From Mobula hypostoma (lineage: Eukaryota), in assembly GCF_963921235.1 (NCBI RefSeq), contig NC_086097.1, positions 132,000,001 to 132,064,000 of the forward strand: DNA of 64,000 nt, read 5' to 3'. Positions within the stretch are counted from its first letter, which is position 1. Every line of letters starts with the position of its first letter. The notes beneath the pieces were generated by a model. That model worked only from the letters and a program-made list of their open reading frames with translations, was not told where the DNA came from and ran no database searches. Positions 1-12,505 of the stretch are shown piece after piece. Made by a program: the position numbers and the translations under genes.

Positions 1-137
1 CTGAAGCCCTCCAGTCCAGGCAACATCGTTGTGAATCTTTTCTTCAACTTTTCTAGTTTAAAGCCATCGTTCTTCTATCTAGGCAACCAGAATTGCAAAC
101 AATACTCCAAGTGTGGTCTCACCAATGTCTTGTACAG
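1..137 (-). mobile_element. CR1 LINE fragment (RT C-terminal region)
   Basis: Minus strand translates as [43 protein letters not shown], the same motif as the intact CR1 ORF at 41129-42211. Confidence 0.8.
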
Positions 138-986
138 ACTTGTTTTGCAATTTCCCAATAAGTTTATAACAGGCAAGGTTAAAATAATAATCATCTTTAT
201 TATATATAATGGTGTTTCTTTATACAAACAGTTTTAGTGTCAAGTTCTGGTCCTCCTGAAAAGATTTCCAATGCATTAACTAAAATGCCTCTTCTGAGGC
301 CTTTAAAGCTTATAAACAACCCTACCCTGTTAAAGTGTCCTGTGTCTCAATACACTTCTCCCTCCACCTTCACCCCCACACTTCCAATGTTTCTGCTGCA
401 GGATGAGAAACTGTTTGTGGTCTTAGTTACTGGATAGATGCCAGAATAGTCAACCAGGTAGGTAGACCAACGAGTTCATTTCTATTTATGAGTCATAGCA
501 GATGTAAACATTTATACCATCTGTAAGCTTCACCAGGAGACATAACAAGAGGTGAAGCCCAACTTCAAGTCTGTCTTTGATGATGTTTATTCAGAAGTCT
601 TCCAAAAAAAGATCTAGATGATAGCGATCTGCCTTGCTCAAATAAGATGTATCCTCCAATAATTGCTTTAATTGATGTGTTAGTCAACTTGTTTTATTTA
701 ATTAAACCGATGTTTGAGACTATGTGGACAATGTCGTACAGCAATAATTGCTGTACATATTGGCACACTGTCAGCAAGCAATGGGAAGGATGTGACAATG
801 TTACCCCACACATGGCAATTTAGGTATAATTGGGCAGATAACAATATTTAGAAAGAAATCAACAACGAGGCAAATAAATAATACTAGGCCAATACGAGAA
901 AATCTGCAGGTGCTGGAAATTCAAGCAACACACACAAAATGCTGGTGGAACGCAGCAGGCCAGGCAGCATCTATAGGAAGAAGTAC

Positions 987-1022
987 AGTTGACGTTTCAG
1001 GCCGAGACCCTTCGTCAGGACT
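987..1022 (-). ncRNA. Minimal type I hammerhead ribozyme motif (PLE-associated)
   Basis: Minus strand reads AGTC-CTGACGA-AGGGTCTCGGCCT-GAAA-CG-TC-AACT; one mismatch in helix I. Confidence 0.65.
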
Positions 1023-1881
1023 AACTGAAAGAAGAGACAGTAAGAGATTTGAAAGTGGGAGGGGGAGGGGGAGATCTGAAATGATAGGAGAAGACAGGAG
1101 GGGGAGGGATGAAGCTAAGAGCTGGAAAGTTGATTGGCAAAGGGGATACAGAGTTGGAGAGGGGGAGGATCATGGGACGGGAGGCCTAGGGAGAAAGAAA
1201 GGAGGGAGGGGAGCCCAGAGGAAGATGGAGAACAGGCAAGGAGTGATTGTGAGAGAGACAGAGAGAGAAGAAAAAAAAGAGGGGGAAATAAAAATAAATA
1301 AGCGGTGGGTAAGAAGGGGAGGAGGGGCATTAACAGAAATCAATGTTCATGCCATCAGGTTGGAGGCTACCCAGACGGAATATAAGGTGTTGTTCCTCCA
1401 ACCTGAGTGTGGCTTCATCTTTACAGTAGGGGAGGCCATGGATTGACATATCAGAATGGGAATAGGACTTGGAATTAAAATGTGTGGCCACTGGGAGATC
1501 CTGTTTTCTCTGGTGGACAGAGCGTAGGTGTTCAGCGAAATGGTCTTCCAATCTATGTCTCTAACTTCCGTTAATGCCCCTCTTCCCCTTCTTACCCCAT
1601 CCCTTATTTATTTTTATTTCTCACCCTTTTTTTCCTTCTCTCTCTGTCCCTCTCACAATCACTGCTTGCCTGTTCTCCATCTTCCTCTGGGCTCCCCTCC
1701 CCCTTTCTTTCTCCCTCGCCCTCCCGTCCCATGATCCTCCCCCTTCTCCAACTCTGTATCCCTTTTGCCAAACAACTTTCCAGCTGTTAGCCTCATCCCT
1801 CCCCCTCCTGTCTTCTCCTATCATTTTGGATCTCCACTCCCCCTCCCACTTTCAAATCTCTTACTGTCTCTTCTTTCAGTT

Positions 1882-1917
1882 AGTCCTGATGAAGGGTCTT
1901 GGCCTGAAATATCGACT
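1882..1917 (+). ncRNA. Minimal type I hammerhead ribozyme motif
   Basis: AGTC-CTGATGA-AGGGTCTTGGCCT-GAAA-TA-TC-GACT. Confidence 0.65.
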
Positions 1918-2874
1918 GTACTTCTTCCTATAGATGCTGCCTGGCCTGTTGTGTTCCACCAGCATTTTGTGTGTGTTGCTTGAATACTAGGTCAATGTTT
2001 TTATTCATTAGCAGGACATCAAGACTGAGGATATTATTGGTGATATTGCCTCAGCACCCATGATGAATATTAACCATCAAAGTCATCGAAGCTGACAATG
2101 CTAGTGGGGTATAACATGAAGCATCTCTTTAACCAGTGAGACTGTGGAAATGGAAACTAAGTAAGGGGAAAAGAATGCATTAAGACAGTGAAGTTAAAAT
2201 CAAACCAGAAAGAGAAATAAAATGAGGGAGAGGAAGATCAGATTAAGAAATAGGACAGAACAGAAAGGTGAAAAAGAAATTAACAAATGCACCTAACCCT
2301 CATCACCCTTTCTTTCATCACTTCTACCAATCATCTCACAATATTTGATAACATACCCACTCTTTCCCCTCCCCACTTCCCTATTATCTCTTTTAACTGG
2401 ATCATTTATCAACTACCAGCTCTCCACTCCTTCTTCTTACTTCTGTTCTTTCTCTTTTTAGGCTACCTCCCTTCTCTCTTGGAGTCCAGCTGAAAGGAGC
2501 CAATGCAAATGTTGTTTATCCATTTCCCTCCATGCATGCTGAGTTCCTCCAGCTCCTCGTGTTGCTCCAGATTCCAGCATCTGCAATCTCTTGTGCCTCT
2601 AATTTAAACTTTGTCCTCTTTAAAATCCTCTTGACATTTTCAAATCCAAATGATTTGTATTTCCACTTCTGTGATAGTTGATTGGCAATTGTTAGTACTT
2701 ACAGACGCCTTTACTTGACCTGGATGACATACTGCAGGTATCTAAATGTATTGAAAAAATGCATCACTTCTTTTCCAGAAAGATTTCCAAATCCACTGGC
2801 AGCTTAAACAAACTAACATCAATGTCCTCTCCCATGCCAAATCTCTGGTATTGAAGCCCTAGTTATACTTATTC

Positions 2875-3130
2875 AGCTGCACTGAGCAGGCTGATCAAAC
2901 CCTGAAACAAACACTCTATTCCAAGAACTGTCATGGATAGAGATTACTAAGCAATCATTTGGAAAGATTCAAGGATGTGCTCAAAGCCTCCTTGAGGAAA
3001 TGGAACATACCCACTGACTCCTGGAAGTCACTGGCCTGTGACGGTTCAAAGTGGAGTGGAACATGTGGGATGATATTAAGAACCTCAAGGTGATGCTTTT
3101 GGAGCACAGTGTAAGTGGTAGAAGGAGCGA
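2875..3130 (+). mobile_element. RTE-clade LINE 3' remnant
   Basis: Degenerate translation LKQTLYS...RFKDVLKASLRKWNIPTDSWKSLACDGSKW, typical of the RTE/BovB ORF C-terminus. Confidence 0.65.
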
Positions 3131-5184
3131 AGAAAAGTCAAGTCAAGTCGAGTTTATTGTCATATGTTCAAGTATGGAGAAGTACAGGTACAATGAAAAA
3201 TTTGTTTGCATCAGCATCATAGGGGCGTAGATTCAGACAACACAAAAATCATAAATTTTATGTAAATTATACAAGACATGGAAAAAGAATGGACTCTGCA
3301 AAATCAAGAATTTAGTCCAAAAGAAAACCACAACCAGAAACATATATGGAATAGAGCAAGATATAGTCTGAAGTGTTCCAATTTCAATTTCAGGAGCCAA
3401 CCACTGAAGGAACTGGTACAATTGACTGTAAAATTCTTCAAATCATTATCTTTGCTCCAACCTGTTGCAGACTTGAACTACATTATCTAACTGTCTTGAT
3501 TGGACACTTCTTCGGCTATACAATCTGTACAATTTACGGTTATTACACAAAAAAACATATTTTAGCTGTTAAATCCTTATTCTCCCAAATTATTGTGTTT
3601 GCATTTCTACTTATCAAAATAATTTAGATTTAGTTAGCCATGTAATGTAGTGGTGGGAGAGTTTCACCATGTTCAGATATGCGCTTTATAAAGACTGATA
3701 AATATTTTCATCTTTAGATTAAATATGTCAGTCCTGATGTACATACATGAATTTGAGTCAGTCCTGGATAAATCCAATGCAATGAAGTTCCATGAGCTTG
3801 GAGCAAGTTGTATAAATGTGTCTGGCTTTCTGAATTAGAAGATGGGAAATATGTGTCCTCTGGGAGGAAGCTGAGAACAGCTCGGTCTGCGCAAACAAGA
3901 AACCAATTAGATATGCTGTGTATTTTTCTGAATAGCTTGTTTCCAACCTGAAAAGTTCTGCTGCCTAGTCTGCTGGGTTTTTTCAGCATTTTCTGCCTTT
4001 ATTTCAGCTTCGAGCATCTGCAATTAAAACAATAATCCAATTAACCAGTTTCTTCTGTTTGCAGGACAGGGGCAGCAAAGAGATGAGCAACAAGTTATCC
4101 ACAGGGGGAACTCAGTGGATTAAGCAGCATCTGCGGGAGGAATGGACTTGTCAATGCTTTGGGTCAAAATTGTGGACTGACATGTGTAAGCAGAAGTTGA
4201 GGATGTTTGTATGTCTTTACAAAGTCGAACACTGATATCCTCCACTGCCACTTTATTTGGCTACATAAATAGAAGTTATTTTAATGAGAGAAGTCTCCAT
4301 CAGAGTAACCTGGGAGTGTGAAGGTTTACCTCTGAAATCTAGTTGTCCAATAAATGGAACTTAGATACAGAGGGACCTTTGGGTGAAAGTCCTTAGCTCC
4401 TTGAAGATGGCTGCACAGGTTGATAGAGTGGTGAAGAAGGCATATTGCGTGCTACTCTTTATTAGTTAAAGCATTGACTTCAGCAGTCATAAGGTTAGGA
4501 TGCATCATGTGCACAATCCCTCCCCACCCCCATATGTGGCATTGAGGACATTTTCAAGAGGCAATGCCTCGAGAAGACATCATTAAAACTCTCACCATCT
4601 GAAACATGGAGAATGGAGGGACAGAGACATTGTGTAGGACAAAAGGATTAGTTAGACGTTTAATTGCTAGATTAAATTGCCTGGCATGGCATTGTGGGCC
4701 AGAAGGTTTGTTCCTGTGCTTATACGGTTGTATGATGTATGTAACCAGATAATGCTGGTGATCATAGGCTTGCCATTCTTCATCACCTCCCTCCCCCGTC
4801 CCCCCGCGAGCATTTTCTGTTCCTTTCTGTTTTAAGTTCTATTTCAATTACATCAGACTGGAGAAACTGAACAATCACTTTTGCCTTTCTGGGAAGCTAA
4901 CAGAGAGCAACTGAAACCAGACTAGAGCAGACAGGATATCCGACTAGACCGAGTGGCAGTAGTCAGTTGCGCAAAATGTTGTTACAGCTGCATGGTTTGG
5001 GGTTGGATTATTATTGCCCCGCTGACTGGCCTCCCAATAACAGGAGTACTTATTGATAAAGCAATGTGGCAAAGGGGCACAGGTTATAGAGTCATTGTCA
5101 AAAAGTATTACAATGCAGAAGCAGGACTTCTAGCCCACCCTGTTCATGCCAACCAAGGTGCTGAACTAAGTTAGTTCCATTTGC

Positions 5185-5490
5185 AACACACATCAAAGTT
5201 GCTGGTGAATGCAGCAGGCCAGGCAGCATCTCTAGGAAGAGGTACAGTCAACATTTCGGGCTGAGACCCTTCATCAGAAAAGGCTCTGTACAAAACTCTG
5301 TCTATTACCCTCATGATTTTATGCACCTGGATAAGGTCTCCTGTGCCTCAAGGAATACCGTCCTGACGAAGGACCTCGGCCCGAAACGTCGACTGTACCT
5401 CTTCCCAGAGATGCTGCCTGGCCTGCTGCATTCACCAGCAACTTTGATGTGTGTTGCTTGAATTTCCAGCATCTGCAGAATTCCTCATGT
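5185..5490. mobile_element. Short two-armed PLE insertion with templated central filler
   Basis: Perfect 14-bp TSD ttagttccatttgc (5171-5184, 5491-5504); minus arm 5185-5277, filler 5278-5359, plus arm 5360-5490. Confidence 0.9.
5360..5394 (+). ncRNA. Hammerhead ribozyme motif (helix II variant)
   Basis: GTC-CTGACGA-AGGACCTCGGCCC-GAAA-CG-TC-GACT. Confidence 0.55.
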
Positions 5491-6074
5491 TTAGTTCCAT
5501 TTGCCCATGTTTGGTCTAAATATTTCCTATCCATGTTCCTGTCTAAATGTATTCTAAATGCCTTATTGTATCAACATCAACAACTTCCTCTGCCAGCTCA
5601 TTCTATAATCACACCACTTTCTGCATGAAGAGATTTCCCCTCTGGTCCCTTTTAAATCTTACCCTCTCACCTTAAATCTATCCCCTGTAGTTTTTGCTTC
5701 TTTTTCCCTGGAAAAAGGCTCTGTACAAAACTCTGTCTATGACCCTCATGATTTTATGCACCCGGATAAGGTCTCCTGTGCCTCAAGGAATACCATCCCA
5801 ACCTGCCCGACCTCTCACAGAATCAGAGTCATACAGTTGCAGCTGCATCAGGGTACCAGCAAGCTGGGTTCACCCCTGATGTGGAGTCAGATGAAGCCTC
5901 TTGCCGTACCCACCCAGTTTTCACAGGAGATAGGCTCACGTTGACTGCTCTCTCTCAAGGTAGCTAGCACTTATGTGTACAACAGGAATTCTGCAGATGC
6001 TGGAAATTCAAGCAATACACATAAAAATTGCTGGTGAACGCAGCAGGCCAGGCAGCATCTCTGGGAAGAGGTGC

Positions 6075-6110
6075 AGTCGACGTTTCAGGCCGAGACCCTT
6101 CGTCAGGACT
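6075..6110 (-). ncRNA. Minimal type I hammerhead ribozyme motif (intact core)
   Basis: Reverse complement reads AGTC-CTGACGA-AGGGTCTCGGCCT-GAAA-CG-TC-GACT. Confidence 0.75.
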
Positions 6111-6445
6111 AACTGAAGGAAGAGGTAGTAAGAGATTTGAAAGTGGGAGGGGGAAGGGGAGATGCAAAATGATAGGAGAAGACAGGAGGGGGAGGGATGG
6201 AGCCAAGAGCTGGACAGGTGATTGGCAAAAGGGATATGAGAGGATCATGGGACAGGAGGTCCGGGGAGAAAGACAAGGTGGGGGGGGGGACCCAGAGGTT
6301 GGGAAAGGGGTATATTCAGAACTACAGAGGGAGGAAAAGGAGAGTTAGAGAAAGAATGTGTGTATAAAAATAAGTAACAGATGGGGTACGAGGGAGAGCT
6401 GGGGCCTTAGCGGAAGTTAGAGAAGTCGATGTTCATGCCATCAGG

Positions 6446-7461
6446 GTTGACTTTATTAACTTTGCCTCCAACTTTCACCCTGCCCTCAAGTTTACCTGGT
6501 CCATTTCCGACACCTCTCTCCCCTTTCTAGATCTTTCTGTCTCTGTCTCTGGAGACAGCTTATCCACTGATGTCTACTATAAGCCTACTGACTCTCACAG
6601 CTATCTGGACTATTCCTCTTCTCACCCTGTCTCTTGCAAAAACGCCATCCCCTTCTCGCAATTCCTCCGTCTCCGCCGCATCTGCTCTCAGGATGAGGCT
6701 TTTCATTCTAGGACAAGGGAGATGTCTTCCTTTTTTAAAGAAAGGGGCTTCCCTTCCTCCACTACCAACTCTGCTCTTAAACGCATCTTCCCCATTTCAC
6801 GCACATCTGCTCTCACTCCATCCTCCCGCCACCCCACTAGGAATAGGGTTCCCCTGGTCCTCACCTACCACCCCACCAGCCTCCGGGTCCAACATATTAT
6901 TCTCCGTAACTTCCGCCACCTCCAACGGGATCCCACCACTAAGCATATCTTTCCCTCCCCCCCCCTGCATTCCGCAGAGATCGCTCCCTACGCGACCCCC
7001 TTGTCCATTTGTCCCCCCCATCCCTCCCCACTGATCTCCCTCCGGGCACTTACCCGTGTAAGCAGAACAAGTGCTACACATGCCCTTACACTTCCTCCCT
7101 TACCACCATTCAGGGCCCCAAACAGTCCTTCCAGGTGAGGTGACACTTCACCTGTGAGTCGGCTGGGGTGATGTACTGCGTCCGGTGCTCCCGATGTGGC
7201 CTTTTATATATTGGCGAGACCCGACGCAGACTGGGAGACAGCTTTGCTGAACACCTACGCTCTGTCCGCCAGAGAAAGCAGGATCTCCCAGTGGCCACAC
7301 ATTTTAATTCCACATCCCATTCCCATTCTGACATGTCTATCCACGGCCTCCTCGACTGTAAAGATGAAGCCACACTCAGGTTGGAGGAACAACTCCTTAT
7401 ATTCCGTCTGGGTAGCCTCCAATCTGATGGCATGAACATCGACTTCTCTAACTTCCGCTAG
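6446..7461 (+). pseudogene. 5'-truncated PLE reverse transcriptase C-terminus, Cys-rich linker and GIY-YIG endonuclease (frameshift and stop)
   Basis: FASNFHPALKFTW..LPFLDL..VYYKPTDSHSYLDYSSSHP..KNAIPFSQFLRLRRICS; linker CKQNKCYTC; VMYCVRCSRCGLLYIGETRRRL..FAEH; frameshift near the C-run at ~6960 and TGA at 7141. Confidence 0.9.
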
Positions 7462-7758
7462 TGCCCCACCTCCCCCTTGTACCCCATCTGTTACTTATTT
7501 TTATACACACATTCTTTCTCTCACTCTCCTTTTTCTCCCTCTGTAGTTCTGAATATACCCCTTGCCCATCCTGTGCGTCTCCCCCCACCCCCCCATCTTT
7601 CTCCCTGGGCCTCCTGTTCCATGATCCTCTCGTGTCCCTTTTGCCTATCACCTGTCCAGCTCTTGGCTCCATCCCTCCCCCTCCTGTCTTCTCCTATCAT
7701 TTTGAATCTCCCCTTCCCCCTCCAACTTTCAAATCCCTTACTCACTCTTCCTTCAGTT

Positions 7759-7794
7759 AGTCCTGACGAAGGGTCTCGGCCTGAAACGTCGACT
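7759..7794 (+). ncRNA. Minimal type I hammerhead ribozyme motif (intact core)
   Basis: AGTC-CTGACGA-AGGGTCTCGGCCT-GAAA-CG-TC-GACT; helix I AGTC/GACT, palindromic helix III ACGT. Confidence 0.75.
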
Positions 7795-8769
7795 GCACCT
7801 CTTCCTAGAGATGCTGCCTGGCCTGCTGCGTTCAGCAGCAACTTTTATGTGTGTTGCTAGCACTTATGTGTCTCAGATTGCCTCAAGGACAAGCTCACAC
7901 AGATGTGTGAAACACTTTCTTATCCAAAGCTGGTGTCAATGCCACCATTGCTCTGAGAAACTTAGCTTCCGGGCTCTTCCATCTGCCTCTACTGGTAATC
8001 CACTCTCCCACTAATGTGCAATGGTGGTACCAAGAGGATATCCTACAACGACTCACATGGCTCCTTACACAGCACCCTCCAAATGCACAACTGTACTAAC
8101 TGAAGGACAAGGGCAGCAAAAGCAAGGGAGCATCGCCACCGGAAGGTGCCTTCCAGGTCACGCACCTGACTTGGAAATATATCGCCATTACTTCACTGTC
8201 ACTGGGTCACAATCCATTTTACTGAAGTAAATTCTGACAAGCTTAATCAATGGGCAAAAAAACCCCAGAAAAAAACTGCAGATGCTGGAAATCAAAGGGG
8301 TAAGATTTGAAAGTATTTTAAGAGCAGAGAGAGATACAGGCGCAGAGAGGCAAGGGCGGATGTCAAGTTGTAAGGTGGCTCCCCCTAGGGGCAGAGAATG
8401 GTTCTTATGGGAGAAGATGGTTTTAATTACAAAAAGTAATTATTATTCCATGGTTAAAAATGGATAGATGACTGCTAGCAAAGCAAATCTTTCTGAAAAG
8501 GGTGCAGAAAAATACTGTTTGAGAACTCTGACCTAGACTGTTTACCAGTGAAGCATTGATTGTCAATGGTGGATTTTTTTTAGAATTACAAGAGCTGTGA
8601 CCCAGTTGACTGAAAGGAAACAACAAAATTATTGCCCAGATTTTCCTTGGAGCTGCTTCCCAACCACTGGAAATCTAGAGGATAAATTGCACATGGTTAA
8701 TTGGAAAAGGAACAGCTCTGCTGTCTCCTTTTACCACTTTTACTTTTCCCTCTACTCCTGATTCAACTG

Positions 8770-9215
8770 ACCATGTCACCCTCTCTCTTTCCCCTCCCCC
8801 AAACTCACCATCTGCCCATCTCCTGTAGAATCATTCCACTGCTTCCTCTCGTCATCTCCCTCCCTTTATTCCACTTCCATCTTCCTCTTCTATCAGATTC
8901 CATTATCTTCAGCCCTTTGATATTTCCACCAATCTCCACTCAGCTCAGACATCATTCCCACTTTCCCCACTCCCTCATCTGTTGATTACCCTCATCACCC
9001 AAATCCACCTATCAGCTGTCAGCTCTTGCTCCACCCTTTCCCTCAGTTCTTTATTATATTGTCTGTCTCAGAGGGGAGACTCCCTTGAAGTTCCCCTCTG
9101 AGGTTTAGACCCAAAATGACAAACTGTCCATTTCCCCCATAGATGGTACTTGCCACTTTGAGTTCACCAGTACTTTGTGCGTTGCTCCAGGTTTCTGCAC
9201 TTGCTGTCTCTTTGT
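8770..9215 (+). mobile_element. Old degenerate PLE 3' region
   Basis: Pyrimidine-rich UTR followed by a tail similar to the younger PLE tails (gagttcaccagtactttgtgcgttgctccagg...). Confidence 0.5.
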
Positions 9216-9879
9216 AGCTACACCTTGATGATGTTCCATCTCTCTCTGCTGGCTAGATCACTGGCTTCATCCTGCACAACAATGAAACTTAGTCATCCTT
9301 CAGAGGAAGACTTGATATTTATTGCAGTTCGCTTGTGGCAAGAGAGGGAACCCTTTCAAAAAGTTGTTATGAAGGACATCAGGAGCAGTAGGGTGAAACG
9401 TTGATGTAACTCACACCCATCTCTTTATGTATTTACTGACCCACATTAGTTGTAAAATATTTGAGCCTTCTTTTGAATTTCTGTTGATAGATTTAGATTC
9501 CCCCCTCTATAATCTCCTTCACCTCCACAGTCCTCCAGCATCGCTGGTATCCTCATTCTGTCTTTTGCTTCCTCCAGTTGGCAGCAGTGCTTTCAGTTGC
9601 CAAATCCCAAGCTCTGGATTCACTCTCTAGATATCTCTACTTCTGACTTTTCCTTTAAGACATTTCCTTCAATTATACCCCTATGACCACTGAATTGTGC
9701 TTTCATGGTTTGGTATCAGAGTTAGTCTTTTCTGAGAAGCTTCTTAAGATACTTCTTAATGTACTTCACTGATATAGACTATTGTAGCAAGTATATACAC
9801 AATAGAAGCTATTATGAGCAGAGATTCTTATACTATGACAACTCTAAGAATTGCGTGTTATATTATGATAGTATGCTAA

Positions 9880-10370
9880 AGGGGTGGCACATTGACCTGG
9901 CGAATAGAGCTCCAGCCTCATAGCTCCAGTGATGAAGGTTTATTCCAGACATCCGGTACTGTTTATGCCTGTTCGTGTTGCACATGTTGGGCACGTGGCC
10001 AAGTGGTTAAGGCGTTCGTCTAGTGATCTGAAGGTCGCTAGTTCGAGCCTCAGCTGTGGCAGCATGTTTGGTCCTTGAGCAAGGCACTTAACCACACATT
10101 GCTCTAGTGTCTGTGCAAGGAGTGACGCCCCACACAGACTTCCAATCTGCGCCTTGTAAGGCACGAAAATGTCCGACACAGGTCTCTCATGGCCTGAGTT
10201 GACGTTCCCCATGCCCAGGGTGCTCAGGTTTCTTCCCACATCCCAATCATAGGAAGGTTGGTAGGTTAGTTTCGCTTGGTAAATTGTCCCTAGTGTGCAG
10301 GTGAGTGATCGAATCTGGGATTAATTGATGATCATGGATTTAGTGGGCTGAAGAGCCTATTTCCATGCTT
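9880..10370 (+). mobile_element. V-SINE (HE1-like), interrupted by a second SINE
   Basis: tRNA-like head, V-domain-like gggtgctcaggtttcttcccacatccca...taaattgtccctagtgtg, CR1-like tail. Confidence 0.6.
9987..10205 (+). mobile_element. tRNA-derived SINE with CORE-like central domain
   Basis: A box TGGCCAAGTGG, B box GTTCGAGCC, then gtccttgagcaaggcacttaacc; related copy at 63375. Confidence 0.75.
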
Positions 10371-12134
10371 TGATGCCTCTAGAAATATTATCTCAATTAA
10401 AACCAATGTAATCTACTTTTGTTATACTTGTTAATGACATTTCTATCAGAGCTTTATTCAGATAGATATCTGTCAGAATCTCTTTCTCTGAGGAAGAAAT
10501 ATGTAGACCAAAAGACATTTGAAGGTATTTGTCTAATCCTTATGCATTTACATTTCTTGTTGTATGGGCAATACTTCAATCCTATCTTCAGAAAACTGTT
10601 CCTCTTGAAAGCTTTCAAATTCTATGCTTTGATCTGATGACGGTCTTACATGGGAATTTCTTAGCTGAATTGAAACAAGTAGCAAGGAACAAACAAATAC
10701 ATAAGGGAATGATCTGTTTTTAAGTAAATATAGCCCTTCTGAAGCCTTCCAAAATGACCTTCCCTCTCTGAAAAAAAACTAGTGACTCGGGTTCATGAGC
10801 CTGAATTTGCAACGAAGGAATAACTGATTACTCCTGACCTTACTGGGGGGGAAATGTAAGCTAGACATGTCTATTTAAATCCATAGTTTCCCGAATTTAA
10901 ATCTGCACTGCATTATATTTGGGCCATGTCTTATTATCCAGGAAACATTAAATTCTATGGAAAGCACCTGTGTTCTACAAGGAAAATGCTTTTAATTTTA
11001 GCCAGTGTATTACAAGCATTATAATCCCTAGTTCTGATTCCAACATGATTGACTAAGCTGCTCATCGAGATAAGCTTTGGCCCAGCCATGCCTGACTTAC
11101 AAAATGATAAAAAATGAGGGCATTCTGACAGATTATTTACTGCAACAGATAAAGCCCGTGAAGAAAATATTTATGTGAGTGGGTTATTGGCAGAATTTAA
11201 GTAGATTAGTGGTTTAATATCTGTCAGGCAATTCATGATGTTATAGTAAAAAAAAATTGCCAACAAGTGCTTCCACAGAACTCAGTGTAGGTATTAATAT
11301 TACACAATGTAAGGCCTCTCTGTGATTGCCAGAGCGCTTTAGAATCTATAATAGAACTGAAGTGCAGTTTAATCAAACAAAACCCTGAGACTTTGGTACA
11401 AAATCCAACATGATGACGAAGTCCTAAAGATATCAATAGTTACGTACCTGTCATAGTGCAGAGATGGAGGACAGACAACCCTTCACAACTGGGCTTGGTC
11501 ATTGAAAGAACTCTCCAATGAATCCCTTTTCTGATAGCTATGAAATCCTTTCAATTGTAAACATTTATCCTATTCCCTTTTTGAAAGTTACCGTTTCAGC
11601 TTCTTTTTCTGTCCTTTAGGCTGCGCTTATTCAAGTTGTTGTGCTAAAGGATACCTGCTCATCACTCCTCAGGCTTTAATCAAAATCCTTTGGTTAGCTT
11701 CACCCTTCCCAGTGCAAGCGGCTCTACTCCCTCCAACAACTTATAACAACATTTAGAAGATACTGGAAAGGTATATCAGTAGTTAAAGTTTAAGGGAATA
11801 TGAGGACAGATGGGACTAGCTTAGGTGGACAAATTGGGGCAAAGAGCCAGTTCCCATGCTGTCTGATTCTCTAAAATACTGTCTGGATCTGCAACATAAC
11901 TTTGATAATTTCTTGTTATATTGATTTTTAAGCTTCTTGCCCCATATGACTGTATTTCCTTATGCTTTGCACTATTTTGGTTGTCAAGGGATGTTTAAAA
12001 AGGAACCAGGGTTCAACATAACAAGATCCAAAAATATTCCTGAGTCGTATGACACAGCCCAAACATAATGCAAATTTAAATCCTGGAGGCTACGGATTTA
12101 AAAAATGAGTTTATGCAGGCGTTCAAGTGATGTT

Positions 12135-12460
12135 GCTGTTTGAGTTGCTCCCTCATAGCTCCAGTGACCCAGGTTCAATCCTGACCTTGTGTTTTGATGT
12201 GGACTTTGCAAGCTCTCTGTGACTATGTTAGTTTCCTCTGGGTGCTCTGGTTTCCTCCCACATCTCAAAGATGTACTGAGTGGACAGGTTAATTAGTTAC
12301 TGTAATTTGTCCCCAGTGTGTAGGTGAGTACTCAAATCTAAGAAGCTAGGAGGTTGACGGGAATGTGGGTGGGACATGTAGGATAAATTAGTAGGGAAAA
12401 AAGAGCATGAAGATTTGGTGGGCTGAAAGACCTGCTGTGGTGAAGCCTTTGACTCTGTGA
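12135..12460 (+). mobile_element. V-SINE (HE1-like)
   Basis: B box GGTTCAATCC followed by gggtgctctggtttcctcccacatctcaaaga. Confidence 0.65.
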
Positions 12461-12505
12461 CAAAATATGACTTCCTTATTGTTCTGTATTTAATATCTCA
12501 GTAAT

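Larger units (their letters stand above)
894..1982. mobile_element. Penelope-like element, two inverted 3' arms (minus 894-~1558, plus ~1560-1982)
   Basis: GIY-YIG C-terminus FAEHLRSV...RLEEQHLIFRLGSLQPDGMNIDF on the minus arm; hammerhead motif in each arm; 14-bp TSD aatactaggccaat (880-893) / aatactaggtcaat (1983-1996). Confidence 0.9.
5090..5815 (-). mobile_element. Old CR1 LINE 3' remnant, interrupted by the PLE at 5185-5490
   Basis: Resembles the reverse complement of the CR1 3' ORF end and UTR; sequence resumes across the TSD. Confidence 0.65.
5979..7855. mobile_element. Penelope-like (Neptune-type) element: minus arm 5979-~6444, plus arm ~6445-7855
   Basis: TSD gctagcacttatgtgt (5963-5978, 7856-7871); RT thumb and GIY-YIG coding remnant; hammerhead motif in both arms. 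Confidence 0.93.

Noticed and set aside
910..1446. Recurrent ORFs such as MLVNAAGQAASLGRG.. and VSPDEGSRPETSTVP..
   Set aside because: Translations of the PLE 3' UTR and hammerhead region, not genes
1908..1913. Helix III change ACGT to ATAT as compensatory covariation
   Set aside because: Equally explained by CpG deamination on both strands
9987..10060. tRNA gene (also at ~63375)
   Set aside because: The tRNA-like head continues into a SINE body; no proper acceptor stem or oligo-T terminator
10863..10872. p53-type half site AGACATGTCT
   Set aside because: A single 10-mer without a valid second half site is expected by chance
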